Assembly (NCBI GenBank): GCA_948957135.1
Contig: CARDBT010000016.1
Span: forward strand, 2,000-65,999
DNA from: an uncultured Lachnospiraceae bacterium
GTDB taxonomy: Bacteria > Bacillota > Clostridia > Lachnospirales > Lachnospiraceae
Reading direction: 5' to 3'
Length of the DNA stretch: 64,000 bases
The position numbers and the translations under genes were made by a program. Each line of letters begins with the position of its first letter. The stretch's first letter is position 1. The notes under the pieces were generated by a model. That model was given only the letters and a program-made list of their open reading frames with translations, was not told where the DNA came from and did not search any database. This document shows positions 28,683 to 38,945 of the stretch, one piece after another.

Positions 28683-29669
28683 CTAAACCAGTGCTGCCGT
28701 GATGATCGCCATTGAGTACACTTCGATCGCATTGCAGCCGCGGGAGAGATCGTTGATGGGTTTGTTCAGCCCGAGAAGGATAGGACCGTACGCCTCGAAA
28801 TTACCCATTCTCTGCGCAATCTTGTAGCCCATGTTTCCGGAGCTGAGATCCGGGAATATGAAAGTGTTGGCATGGCCTGCAACAGCGGACTTGGGACATT
28901 TTGTGCGGGCGACACGCGGAGATACAGCGGCATCAAACTGCAGTTCGCCCTCAATGGGTGTGAGTGGGAATTTTACTTTTGCCTTCGCGGCAGCGATCTG
29001 CATCTTTTCCACGTCGGGACCTTTGCCGGAGCCGAGTGTGGAGTAGCTCAAGAAGGCAACTTTCGGGTCCACGCCGAATATTTTTGCACATTCAATTGTC
29101 TCGCCGCAGATCTCGACAAGCTCATCCTCTGTCGGATTGATGTTGATCGCGCAGTCGCTCATGGCAAGCACCTCGTTCTCGCCTGTCGCACCGGGACGCA
29201 CGAGGATGAAGCAGGAGGATACGATATTGTTGCCGGGCTTTGTCTTGATGATCTGAAGGGCAGGGCGCACAGTGTCGGCTGTGGAGTAGGTCGCGCCGCC
29301 GAGAAGAGAGTCCGCAATGCCCATCTCAACAAGCATCGTGCCAAAGTAATTCGGCTGCGTCAGCGTCTTTCTTGCCTCCTCGACCGTCACGCCTTTGCCC
29401 TTGCGCAGCTCACAGAAGCGCTCAACCATCGCGTCCATCTGGTCATAGTTGTAACTGTCAATGATCTGTGCTCCGCGGATGTTGTAGCCGGCTTCCTCGG
29501 CAGCATTCAGCACGTCCTCCTCATTGCCGACAAGAATCGGATGGAGGAAGCTGCTTGCCAGAAGACGGGAAGCCGCCTCAAGGATACGTGGGTCTGTACC
29601 CTCCGTGAATACAATTGTCTTCGGGCTTTTTTTCAGTTGCTGAATCATGGTACCAAATCCATACATCAT
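28683..29669 (-). CDS. pta: phosphate acetyltransferase
   Basis: IVFTEG, STADTVRPALQIIKT, DCAIN, AFLSYST, GELQFDAA, PINDLSRG. Confidence 0.96.
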   Translation of the reverse strand: MMYGFGTMIQQLKKSPKTIVFTEGTDPRILEAASRLLASSFLHPILVGNEEDVLNAAEEAGYNIRGAQIIDSYNYDQMDAMVERFCELRKGKGVTVEEARKTLTQPNYFGTMLVEMGIADSLLGGATYSTADTVRPALQIIKTKPGNNIVSSCFILVRPGATGENEVLAMSDCAININPTEDELVEICGETIECAKIFGVDPKVAFLSYSTLGSGKGPDVEKMQIAAAKAKVKFPLTPIEGELQFDAAVSPRVARTKCPKSAVAGHANTFIFPDLSSGNMGYKIAQRMGNFEAYGPILLGLNKPINDLSRGCNAIEVYSMAIITAALV

Positions 29670-29715
29670 TTTTAATCCTTCCTTTTCTTATATTATAGTT
29701 TTTGCAGCCTGTTTA

Positions 29716-29729
29716 TGAAAGCGTTTACA
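29716..29729. promoter_or_regulatory. cre-like (CcpA/LacI-family) operator upstream of pta
   Basis: TGAAAGCGTTTACA matches TGWAARCGYTWNCA. Confidence 0.6.
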
Positions 29730-29877
29730 TCATGGTGTTTCAAGGGCTCGCACATGTTTCTAAATACTATTGTATACAAATTTTTTTCATTTGCAATGGT
29801 TGTATTCAAAATAGTGCAGAAAATTTTTTTGGGAAAACAGTACAAAAACGTATGTTTGAAAATTTCCTGAAAAGTAT

Positions 29878-29905
29878 TTGCAATGTTGAAAAAATGTGTT
29901 ATACT
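29878..29905 (+). promoter_or_regulatory. sigmaA-type promoter of parE
   Basis: TTGCAA, 16 bp, TATACT with extended TG. Confidence 0.55.
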
Positions 29906-29991
29906 CAAAAAGTCTAATTTTTGATTTGCAGATTATGGAAACAAATACAGATAATAATACCAAAATTAATACAGAAAGGCATGGTTGCTCT

Positions 29992-31920
29992 ATGGCAAAA
30001 ACGGATAATAATGTATATGACGCCTCCAGTATCACTGTCCTGGAGGGGTTGGAGGCTGTCAGGAAGAGACCTGGTATGTACATAGGAAGTGTGTCCACAA
30101 AGGGACTGAACCACCTGATCTATGAGATCGTCGACAACTCTGTGGACGAGCATCTCGCAGGTGTGTGCAGTGAGATCCGAGTCACACTTGAAAAGGACGG
30201 TTCTGCCACAATATCTGACAACGGCAGAGGGATTCCTGTCGGAATGCACCAAAAGGGTGTCAGCGCGGAGAGGGTTGTCTTTACCACACTCCACGCAGGC
30301 GGCAAGTTTGATAACAACGCTTACAAGACGAGCGGCGGTCTGCACGGCGTAGGCTCCTCTGTTGTCAACGCACTTTCCACGCGGCTCACGGTCACAGTCA
30401 AGAGTGACGGACTGATCCATCAGGATCAATACGAGTACGGCAATCCCGTCGTCGAATTGATTGACGGGCTGCTTCCAGTGATCGGAAAGACGAAGGAGAC
30501 AGGTACTACCATTAATTTTACGCCTGATCCGTCTATTTTTGACAGGACGCGGTTCAAGGCGGAGGACGTAAAGAGCAGGCTCCATGAGACCGCTTACCTA
30601 AATCCCAAACTCACGATCATTTTTTCAGACCTGCGCGGGGATGAGCCGGAGACGATCACTTACTTTGAACCGGAAGGGATCATCGGATATGTCAAGGACT
30701 TGAATAAAAATAAGGAAACACTGCATGATATCATCTATTTTACGGGAGTCAGCGAGGATATTACCGTCGAGTGCGCGTTCCAGTATGTCAATGAATTTCA
30801 CGAGAACGTACTTGGTTTTTGCAACAACATATACAATGCGGAGGGCGGCACGCACCTGACTGGGTTCAAGACGATGTTCACAACCATCATAAACAACTAT
30901 GCGCGTGAGCTTAATATATTAAAGGAAAAGGATATCAACTTTACGGGTGCGGACGTGCGAAACGGCATGACCGCAGTCGTGTCCATCAAGCATCCGTCGC
31001 CGAGGTTCGAGGGACAGACCAAGACAAAACTAGACAATCAGGATGCCTCAAAGGCTGTGAGCAAAGTCACAGGGGATGAGGTTCCGCACTACTTTGACAG
31101 GAATGTCGAGGTGTTGAAGAGCGTGATCTCCTGCGCGGAGAAGGCGGCGAAGATCCGCAAGACAGAGGAAAAGGCAAAGACAAATATGCTCACAAAGCAG
31201 AAGTTTTCTTTTGATTCAAACGGAAAACTCGCAAACTGTGAGTCCAAGGATTACAGCAAGTGCGAGATCTTTATCGTGGAGGGGGATTCCGCCGGCGGCA
31301 GTGCCAAGACTGCAAGGAACAGAAATTTTCAGGCGATTCTGCCGATCCGTGGTAAGATCCTCAATGTCGAGAAAGCAAGTATCGATAAAGTGCTTGCAAA
31401 CGCCGAGATCAAGACGATGATCAATGCCTTTGGCTGTGGTTTTTCGGAAGGATACGGCAATGATTTTGATATTTCAAAGTTGAGGTACGACAAAATTGTG
31501 ATCATGGCGGATGCCGATGTTGACGGCGCGCATATCAGCAATCTGCTGCTCACGCTTTTTTACCGTTTTATGCCGGAGCTGATCTATGAAGGACATATAT
31601 ACATTGCGATGCCCCCTCTGTACAAGGCGATGCCGGCAAAGGGAAAAGAGGAGTATCTCTATGATGAAAAAGCGCTGGAAAAGTACCGCAAGACACATAA
31701 AGGCACTTTTACCCTGCAGCGCTACAAGGGACTTGGTGAGATGGACGCGGAACAACTCTGGGAGACAACCCTGAATCCCGAGACGAGGATCCTGAAACAG
31801 ATCGAGATAGAAGACGCGCGCATGGCGTCCGAGATCACAGAACTGCTGATGGGAACTGATGTTTTGCCCCGAAAAACATTTATTTACGAGCATGCAACAG
31901 AGGCAGAGCTTGACATATAA
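29992..31920 (+). CDS. parE: type II topoisomerase B subunit (ParE/GyrB family; likely topoisomerase IV B)
   Basis: LEAVRKRPGMYIG, DNGRGIP, GGLHGVG, EGDSAGG, DADVDG, RYKGLGEM. Confidence 0.85.
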   Translation: MAKTDNNVYDASSITVLEGLEAVRKRPGMYIGSVSTKGLNHLIYEIVDNSVDEHLAGVCSEIRVTLEKDGSATISDNGRGIPVGMHQKGVSAERVVFTTLHAGGKFDNNAYKTSGGLHGVGSSVVNALSTRLTVTVKSDGLIHQDQYEYGNPVVELIDGLLPVIGKTKETGTTINFTPDPSIFDRTRFKAEDVKSRLHETAYLNPKLTIIFSDLRGDEPETITYFEPEGIIGYVKDLNKNKETLHDIIYFTGVSEDITVECAFQYVNEFHENVLGFCNNIYNAEGGTHLTGFKTMFTTIINNYARELNILKEKDINFTGADVRNGMTAVVSIKHPSPRFEGQTKTKLDNQDASKAVSKVTGDEVPHYFDRNVEVLKSVISCAEKAAKIRKTEEKAKTNMLTKQKFSFDSNGKLANCESKDYSKCEIFIVEGDSAGGSAKTARNRNFQAILPIRGKILNVEKASIDKVLANAEIKTMINAFGCGFSEGYGNDFDISKLRYDKIVIMADADVDGAHISNLLLTLFYRFMPELIYEGHIYIAMPPLYKAMPAKGKEEYLYDEKALEKYRKTHKGTFTLQRYKGLGEMDAEQLWETTLNPETRILKQIEIEDARMASEITELLMGTDVLPRKTFIYEHATEAELDI

Positions 31921-31934
31921 GGAGCATATAACAA

Positions 31935-34172
31935 ATGGAAGAGAGAATTATTAAAACCGAATACTCAGAAACCATGCAGCGTTCATTCATCGACTATGCT
32001 ATGAGTGTCATCATCGCCAGAGCGCTGCCTGATGTCAGGGACGGCTTAAAACCTGTTCAGCGCCGTACTTTGTATGATATGCATGAACTGGGGATACGCT
32101 ATGACCGTCCGTACAGAAAGAGCGCCCGTATCGTCGGTGATACGATGGGTAAATATCATCCGCACGGCGACAGTTCGATCTACGATGCGCTGGTTGTCCT
32201 CACACAGGATTTCAAGAAAGGCATCCCCCTGATCGACGGCCATGGAAATTTTGGCAACATCGAGGGTGACGGTGCCGCAGCCATGCGATATACGGAAGCC
32301 CGGCTGCAGAAGATCACACAGGATGCCATCTTAGCCGATCTCGACAAAGATGTTGTTGACTTCGTCCCAAACTTTGACGAGACGGAGAAGGAGCCAAGTG
32401 TTCTCCCCTGTCGTTTTCCCAATCTGCTCGTCAATGGATCCGAGGGAATCGCCGTCGGTATGGTCACAAGCATTCCTCCGCACAACCTGGGGGAGATCAT
32501 TGATGCGACAAAGGCGTATATGCTCAATGAAAACATAACTACACGTGAACTGATGAAATATGTGAAAGGACCGGATTTCCCCACGGGCGGCATCGTCTGC
32601 AACAAGGACGATCTGTTGTCCATATATGAGACCGGTGTCGGAAAGATCAAACTGCGCGGCAAAGTCGATGTCGAAAAGACGAAGGGCGGGAAGCTCAATC
32701 TGGTGATCACAGAGATCCCATACACGATGATCGGTGCAAATATCGGCAAATTCTTACAGGATGTCGCTGCCTTGTACGAGCAGAAGAAAGCTCCCGAGAT
32801 CCTTGATATCTCCAACCAGTCTTCCAAGGAGGGGATCCGCATTGTCATAGAGCTGAAAAAGGATACAGATGTCGAGAATTTTAAGAACCTGTTATACAAA
32901 AAGACACGTCTCGAAGATACATTCGGTGTCAATATGATCGCGATCGCAGGCGGGAGACCGGAAACGCTCGGATTAAAGAGCATCATCGCGCAGAATGTGG
33001 CATTTCAGTACGAGATCACCACCCGGAAATATACAACCCTCCTAAACAAAGAACTGGAGAAGAGAGAGATCCAGGAAGGTTTGATCCGGGCGTGCAATAT
33101 CATAGATCTCATTATAGAAATCCTCCGGGGTTCCAAGGACAGGAATATGGTCAAAAACTGTCTTACAAGCGGCGTCACCGACGGGATCAAATTCCGCTCA
33201 AAAGAATCCGCCCTTATGGCACAGCAGCTAAACTTTACAGAACGGCAGGCAAATGCGATCCTGGACATGCGGCTGTACAAACTGATCGGTCTGGAGATCG
33301 AGGCGCTCATGAAAGAAAATAAAGAGACCAACGCTAATATCTACAAATACGAAGATATTCTCGACAGAAGGGATTCCATGGCTCAGGTAATCATACAGGA
33401 GCTCGATGCCCTGAAAAAAGAGTATGCGCACAAACGAAAAACCCGTATCGAGAACGCTGAGGAAGCAGTCTATGAGGAGAAGAAGCCCGAGGAGATGGAC
33501 ATCATGTTCCTTATGGACAGATTTGGATACTGCAAGACTATTGACATAAACACTTACGAGAGAAATAAGGAGGCAGCGCACACAGATTTTAAGTACATCG
33601 TGAAGTGCCGCAACACAGGAAGGATCTGTCTGTTCACAAACACCGGACAGCTCCATACGATCAAAGTGGCTGATATTCCTTTTGGCAAATTCCGTGACAA
33701 AGGGCTTCCTGTCGACAATATCAGCAATTACAACTCCGCCGCGGAGGCGATCGTCAATATCGCCAGCCAGTCGGAACTGAACCTATACAGACTTCTTTTC
33801 GTCACAAAGCAGGGCATGTGCAAGATCGTGAGCGGCGGGGAGTTTGACGTGACAAAACGCACTGTTGCAGCCACTAAGCTCGGTGAGGACGACGAGCTGC
33901 TTGACATTGAAATCGTGACGGAACATCAGCACATTATCCTGCAGAGCAAGAACGGGTATTTCCTTCGGTTTGATACAGATGAGATCTCGGAGCTGAAAAA
34001 GACCGCAGTCGGTGTGAGAGGCATGCGGCTGGGTGCTGACGATCAGATCGAAAGTGTCTATTATTGCCATCCTGGTTCAGATGGTACTATATTGTTTAAG
34101 GACAAAAAAATACCTATAAATAAATTAAAAGTTAATAAAAGAGATACCAAAGGAACTAAAGTTAGAGTATAA
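31935..34172 (+). CDS. parC: type II topoisomerase A subunit (likely topoisomerase IV A)
   Basis: RALPDVRDGLKPVQRR, HPHGDSSIY, AAMRYTEA; 745 aa, short CTD with no QRRGGKG GyrA box. Confidence 0.85.
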   Translation: MEERIIKTEYSETMQRSFIDYAMSVIIARALPDVRDGLKPVQRRTLYDMHELGIRYDRPYRKSARIVGDTMGKYHPHGDSSIYDALVVLTQDFKKGIPLIDGHGNFGNIEGDGAAAMRYTEARLQKITQDAILADLDKDVVDFVPNFDETEKEPSVLPCRFPNLLVNGSEGIAVGMVTSIPPHNLGEIIDATKAYMLNENITTRELMKYVKGPDFPTGGIVCNKDDLLSIYETGVGKIKLRGKVDVEKTKGGKLNLVITEIPYTMIGANIGKFLQDVAALYEQKKAPEILDISNQSSKEGIRIVIELKKDTDVENFKNLLYKKTRLEDTFGVNMIAIAGGRPETLGLKSIIAQNVAFQYEITTRKYTTLLNKELEKREIQEGLIRACNIIDLIIEILRGSKDRNMVKNCLTSGVTDGIKFRSKESALMAQQLNFTERQANAILDMRLYKLIGLEIEALMKENKETNANIYKYEDILDRRDSMAQVIIQELDALKKEYAHKRKTRIENAEEAVYEEKKPEEMDIMFLMDRFGYCKTIDINTYERNKEAAHTDFKYIVKCRNTGRICLFTNTGQLHTIKVADIPFGKFRDKGLPVDNISNYNSAAEAIVNIASQSELNLYRLLFVTKQGMCKIVSGGEFDVTKRTVAATKLGEDDELLDIEIVTEHQHIILQSKNGYFLRFDTDEISELKKTAVGVRGMRLGADDQIESVYYCHPGSDGTILFKDKKIPINKLKVNKRDTKGTKVRV

Positions 34173-34254
34173 TGATAAATGGGGTAGATAATAGGAACGA
34201 AAATAGTGTACTATCGCCAGCATTGTATTATAGTACGCTGATGTGGAGGATTAT

Positions 34255-34809
34255 ATGAGAGTAATTGCAGGAACAGCACGGCGCCTTTTATTAAAAACAC
34301 CTGACGGCTTAGATACGCGGCCAACGGCGGATCGGATCAAAGAGACTCTTTTCAATATGCTCATGCCGTATCTTCCGGATGCTGTGTTTATAGATCTTTT
34401 TTCGGGAAGCGGTGGTATCGGCATTGAAGCGCTGAGCCGAGGGGCAAGAAAAGCTTATTTTATCGAAAACAATCCGAAAGCGATCGCTTGTATCACAGAT
34501 AATTTAGAACATACACATCTGACGGACAAGTCTGTCGTGCTCAGGCAGGATGTGTTTGCTGCACTCCGCGGAGGCATTAAGGACACTGCCGATATCATAT
34601 GCCTAGACCCGCCATATGGGCAGGAGCAGGTTTATCAGAATGTTTTAGGACTGCTGCGCGATGCGCCGTACGTTAACGAGGACACCATGATCATCATAGA
34701 GGCATTGATCATGGAACCATTTGAGTATGCAGAAAACTTTGGTTTCGCTGTTGAGAAAGAAAAGAAATATAAGACAAACAAACATGTATTCTTGCGAAAG
34801 AGCATATAA
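34255..34809 (+). CDS. rsmD: 16S rRNA m2G966 methyltransferase
   Basis: MRVIAG, RPTADRIKETLFN, DLFSGSG, EALSRGA, DPPY. Confidence 0.95.
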   Translation: MRVIAGTARRLLLKTPDGLDTRPTADRIKETLFNMLMPYLPDAVFIDLFSGSGGIGIEALSRGARKAYFIENNPKAIACITDNLEHTHLTDKSVVLRQDVFAALRGGIKDTADIICLDPPYGQEQVYQNVLGLLRDAPYVNEDTMIIIEALIMEPFEYAENFGFAVEKEKKYKTNKHVFLRKSI

Positions 34810-34824
34810 GATGGAGGGATTGTT

Positions 34825-35310
34825 ATGAACGCTGCAATATATCCGGGCAGTTTTGACCCTATGACACTTGGACATCTTGATATCATCAAGCGCGCCGCCA
34901 AGATGTTTGATGAGCTGACAGTAAGTGTTTTAGATAATAAGGCAAAGAATGCGTTGTTTTCTGTCGAAGAACGTGTTAGTATATTAAAGGAGGCAACAAA
35001 GGATCTGGCGAATGTGACAGTGGATTCCTTTAACGGGCTTCTGATTGACTATGCAAGACAAAAAAATGTCCGTATTTCAGTGCGCGGACTGCGTGCCATC
35101 ACGGATTTTGAATATGAACTACAGACCGCCCAGACAAACAGAATGTTGTCGTGCGGGGAACTTGACACAGTATTTTTGACGACAAGTCTCGAGTATGCAT
35201 ATCTCAGTTCTTCAAGTGTAAAGGAGATCGCCGCATTTCACGGGGATATTTCGCAGTGTGTGCCGGATTTTGTAGCGAAGCTTGTATATGAAAAATATGC
35301 TAATAGATAA
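34825..35310 (+). CDS. coaD: pantetheine-phosphate adenylyltransferase
   Basis: [31 protein letters not shown]. Confidence 0.97.
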   Translation: MNAAIYPGSFDPMTLGHLDIIKRAAKMFDELTVSVLDNKAKNALFSVEERVSILKEATKDLANVTVDSFNGLLIDYARQKNVRISVRGLRAITDFEYELQTAQTNRMLSCGELDTVFLTTSLEYAYLSSSSVKEIAAFHGDISQCVPDFVAKLVYEKYANR

Positions 35311-35356
35311 CAAAATAGATTTTCCGTTCTGACTGACGGGAGTATGGAGGAGTAAT

Positions 35357-35956
35357 ATGAGCAGCAGAATAGAGCAGTTGATTGACGAGATCGAGGAGTA
35401 CATAGATAACTGCAAATACAAGGCGTTTTCGACGGATGTGATCATGGTAAATAAAGCAGAGATCGATGATCTGCTGCGTGAATTGCGCATGAAAACACCT
35501 GAGGAGATCAAGCGTTATCAGAAGATCATCTCAAATAAGGAAGCGATCCTGAACGATGCCAGACAGAAAGCACAGGCATTGATCGACGATGCGGAGGTGC
35601 AGACAACGGAGCTTGTCAGTGAGCATCAGATCATGCAGGAAGCCTATGCGCAGGCTGACAGGATCGTTGAGATGGCTACCCAGAAAGCACAGGGCATCCT
35701 CGACAGTGCAACGATAGAGGCCAACAATATGAAGACTGCGGCAATGCAGTATACGGACAACATGCTTGCGAATCTCGAAAACATACTGAAACAGTCCATA
35801 GAGATTTCCACGCGTGATTACAACGCCCTGATAGGTCATCTGCAGGAAATAGACCATGTTGTTACCATGAACCGGGCAGAGCTTGTTCCGGTGGATGAGA
35901 TCGTCGCAGAAGCACAGGCTGCTGACAGTGCAGATACGACTACTTCGCAGACATAA
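35357..35956 (+). CDS. conserved coiled-coil protein (ATPase subunit H/DivIVA-like) downstream of coaD
   Basis: LIDEIEEYI, PEEIK, A/E/Q-rich repeats; usual clostridial neighbour of coaD. Confidence 0.75.
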   Translation: MSSRIEQLIDEIEEYIDNCKYKAFSTDVIMVNKAEIDDLLRELRMKTPEEIKRYQKIISNKEAILNDARQKAQALIDDAEVQTTELVSEHQIMQEAYAQADRIVEMATQKAQGILDSATIEANNMKTAAMQYTDNMLANLENILKQSIEISTRDYNALIGHLQEIDHVVTMNRAELVPVDEIVAEAQAADSADTTTSQT

Positions 35957-35976
35957 AAATTGTGTTGTGTAATCAG

Positions 35977-36002
35977 TAACCCACAGTTTTTCCTGTGGGT
36001 TA
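35977..36002 (+). terminator. hairpin/terminator
   Basis: TAACCCACAG-tttttc-CTGTGGGTTA. Confidence 0.6.
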
Positions 36003-36032
36003 TATTGAATTTTGTCCATAAGGAGGCGTTTG

Positions 36033-37073
36033 ATGAAAACCTTATCCCAAAAGATCATTGTTTATATTTTGTGTATTGCCATGACAGCACTTCCTTTTTC
36101 TGTACTGCCTATTTTCAAGGTTAATGCTGCAGAGTCCGTAGTGGTGGTGATCGATCCCGGACACGGAGGCAATAATCTCGGCACTGAGTATCTGCCAATA
36201 CCGGAAAAGACGTACAACATGATAGTGGCACAATATATGAAAGAACAGTTGGAACAATACCAAAATGTACAGGTGTATCTGACCCATACAGAAGATATTG
36301 ATATGTCGCTTAAAGAACGCGCCGAATTTGCCGCCAGTGTGAATGCAGACTTCCTTTTCTCATTGCACTTTAATATGTCATTGTCCCACTCCCTTTATGG
36401 CAGCGAGGTGTGGGTTCCATCAACCGGTCAATTATATAGTCAGGGTTATTCTGCTGCCAATGAGTTTCTGATGCAGTTTGAGGAGATGGGACTTTTTAAC
36501 CGCGGGATCAAGACCAGGATCGGAAAAAACGGAAAGTCAGACTATTATGGTATCATTCGGGAGAGTTCCATCCGGGGTATTCCTGCAATCATCGTTGAAC
36601 ACTGTCATGTAGATAATATCAATGATGAGGCGTATATGCAGTCTCCTGAAATGCTCAAAGAGTTTGGTGTACGTGATGCGGAGGCAGTTGCCAGATATTT
36701 CGGTCTGGTGTCAAAGGACGGCAAGACGGATTACAGCGGTTATGCTCCGCTGGCAGTTCCGGTTCCGGCAGAACGTGTCTGCAATGATACAACAGCGCCA
36801 TTGTATGTCAATGCCAGCTTATTGAAATATGATCGTACTGGCAAGTATGCAACAGTCGAGCTGACAGCGGTCGATGAGGAATCTGTGATCCAATATTATT
36901 CGTACTCATATGACAATGGACTCACATGGTCTGCATTGCAGCCGTGGGCGAAGGGCAGTCCAACGATGACGGTATCTGTCAACATGGGGTATGGCAAAAA
37001 GGATACCCTGATATTCAGGGCGTATAATCTGTATGATAGGATCACTGAATCAAACACAATTTCGCTAAATTAG
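36033..37073 (+). CDS. secreted N-acetylmuramoyl-L-alanine amidase (Amidase_3)
   Basis: Signal peptide; VIDPGHGG, SLKERAEFA, SLHFN, IIVEH. Confidence 0.9.
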   Translation: MKTLSQKIIVYILCIAMTALPFSVLPIFKVNAAESVVVVIDPGHGGNNLGTEYLPIPEKTYNMIVAQYMKEQLEQYQNVQVYLTHTEDIDMSLKERAEFAASVNADFLFSLHFNMSLSHSLYGSEVWVPSTGQLYSQGYSAANEFLMQFEEMGLFNRGIKTRIGKNGKSDYYGIIRESSIRGIPAIIVEHCHVDNINDEAYMQSPEMLKEFGVRDAEAVARYFGLVSKDGKTDYSGYAPLAVPVPAERVCNDTTAPLYVNASLLKYDRTGKYATVELTAVDEESVIQYYSYSYDNGLTWSALQPWAKGSPTMTVSVNMGYGKKDTLIFRAYNLYDRITESNTISLN

Positions 37074-37082
37074 CAGCCGGAT

Positions 37083-38021
37083 TCAGAACAGCCTGATGAT
37101 CGTGAAATAATAGACCGCCGAGATCAGGGTTGTCACTGTTTTGTGCTTGAGGTAATGGCTGAGCGATAACCCGGACTTTTCGAGGAAGCTGCTAGTCTGC
37201 ATGATGCAGGAAATACCGCCAAAACACAGTGCTGTCATGATCCAGAAAACTTTTTGTTCAGACTGAAAGGTAGTTGTATAAATTGCCGGTACACCGCCAA
37301 TGATTTCAAGAAAACTTGACAGGATATTTTTGTTGTTGGCAGGTAAGGGCAGAAAATCCAGAAAGATACGGAAAGCATTTGTAAAAGTAATGTATCCGCC
37401 AAGGATGATCAATGACTGCGTGTTGTCCATACAGGATTTCTTAAGTGTTTCCGCCAGATGCATCTGCGGTGAATCTGGCACAGGGTGTTTTTCATTGTCA
37501 GCAGATGCAGGAGAGGGCGCTTTTGCAGCATATAGATGTCCCATAACGATCCCATAGATCGCCGGAATACCGTACATTCCAAATACAAAGGGCAGCGTAT
37601 TGTGATATCCGCATTCATGCAGCATCGGTATAATGATCCCCATAAAGTATGCCGGACCGATATTATTGCAAAAAGCAAGCAGGGTGTCTGCTTCAGATCT
37701 TTGGATCCTGCCTTTTTCATACAGTTCGCTCACCACTTTGGCGCCCATGGGAAAGCCGCAGAAAAAGCCCATAAACACAGCATACAGTCCATGACTGCTG
37801 TATTTGTATATTTTTTTTAATACATGGCTGAGCATACGCCCTAGTTCCTGATCCGCACCACTGTATACCATAATGGAGCTGATCATCATGAATGGAAAGA
37901 GTGTGGGAACCATTTTGGCTGCCCATTGGTACAACCCTTCATAAGCGTACTGAAAAGTAGCAGTGGGCTTACTTAGTATGAGAATGATAAGAAGAAGATA
38001 CGCTAACGTTTTAAACAGCAT
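37083..38021 (-). CDS. ylbJ: sporulation integral membrane protein YlbJ-like
   Basis: VPTLFPF, GFFCGFPMGAK, FCNNIGP, LEIIGG, FGGISCIMQT; GGAGGT RBS; upstream ATA-16-TATAAAAT sigmaE-like site (38060-38086). Confidence 0.85.
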   Translation of the reverse strand: MLFKTLAYLLLIILILSKPTATFQYAYEGLYQWAAKMVPTLFPFMMISSIMVYSGADQELGRMLSHVLKKIYKYSSHGLYAVFMGFFCGFPMGAKVVSELYEKGRIQRSEADTLLAFCNNIGPAYFMGIIIPMLHECGYHNTLPFVFGMYGIPAIYGIVMGHLYAAKAPSPASADNEKHPVPDSPQMHLAETLKKSCMDNTQSLIILGGYITFTNAFRIFLDFLPLPANNKNILSSFLEIIGGVPAIYTTTFQSEQKVFWIMTALCFGGISCIMQTSSFLEKSGLSLSHYLKHKTVTTLISAVYYFTIIRLF

Positions 38022-38166
38022 GTGCAACCTCCGAGCCCGCCGGAATCTGTGTCTGTTATATTTTATAAACAAACCGCACAATTTATGTGTCATGAATCAT
38101 CAGACCTGTCACAAAAGGTGAGGCGGTTAGAGTGCCGCCGTATCGGGCAAAGGGGAGTTTTGTGTT

Positions 38167-38898
38167 TTGAGACTGGATAAATTTTTATGTGACATGCAGA
38201 TCGGTACACGAAGCCAGGTTAAGGAAGCAATCCGAAAAAGTCTTGTTTCTGTCAATGGTGTGCCTGTCAAAAGTCCTGATATTAAAATAGATGAAAAAAA
38301 AGATATCGTAACTTATGCAGGAGAGGAGATCGCATATCAGAATTTATATTATTACATGCTCCACAAACCTGCGGGAGTCATCACTGCCACCAGGGATCAT
38401 CATGAGCCTACCGTAATGGACCTGCTGACCGATGTCTGCGGAAAGGATCTTGCTCCTGTGGGACGGCTGGACAAAGACACAGAAGGTCTTTTGCTGATCA
38501 CCAATGATGGGGAGCTTACCCATAAGCTGCTTTCCCCGAGGAAACATGTGGCAAAAACATACTATGTGGAATGTTCAGGAGTGCTTACTGCAGAAAAACA
38601 GAGGTTGTTGGAAAATGGAGTGGACATCGGTGACAGGGATCTTACCTGCCCGGCAAGCGTTCATATGATATCACAGTCAGATCATTCGTATGTTATGGAA
38701 CTCACGATCACGGAAGGTCGTTTTCACCAAGTCAAAAGGATGGTTGAAGCTGTCGGTGGCTCTGTCACTTACTTAAAACGGCTTTCGATGGGAACATTGT
38801 CCTTGGATGACGGGCTGGCAAAAGGAGCCTATAGACCGCTTACGGCAAAAGAGATTTCGGACCTGAAACAGTCAACGAAGAGAGCATCTGCCCGATAG
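38167..38898 (+). CDS. RsuA family rRNA pseudouridine synthase
   Basis: S4 domain MRLDKFL, PVGRLDKDTEGLL, EGRFHQVKRM. Confidence 0.93.
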   Translation: MRLDKFLCDMQIGTRSQVKEAIRKSLVSVNGVPVKSPDIKIDEKKDIVTYAGEEIAYQNLYYYMLHKPAGVITATRDHHEPTVMDLLTDVCGKDLAPVGRLDKDTEGLLLITNDGELTHKLLSPRKHVAKTYYVECSGVLTAEKQRLLENGVDIGDRDLTCPASVHMISQSDHSYVMELTITEGRFHQVKRMVEAVGGSVTYLKRLSMGTLSLDDGLAKGAYRPLTAKEISDLKQSTKRASAR

Positions 38899-38945
38899 GA
38901 TCATTCAGCGGCAGGCGTTAAAACTCAACTTAGGAGGGCAGGGAA

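Noticed and set aside
32180..32986. Long antisense ORFs (also 5984-6631, 19625-20362, 28872-29675, 39405-40130, 46109-46738)
   Set aside because: Shadows of well-conserved genes on the opposite strand, no motifs or RBS
29992..34172. DNA gyrase gyrBA or quinolone-resistance allele
   Set aside because: No GyrA box, short CTD, no dnaA/recF context; QRDR reads wild-type-like HGDSSIYD
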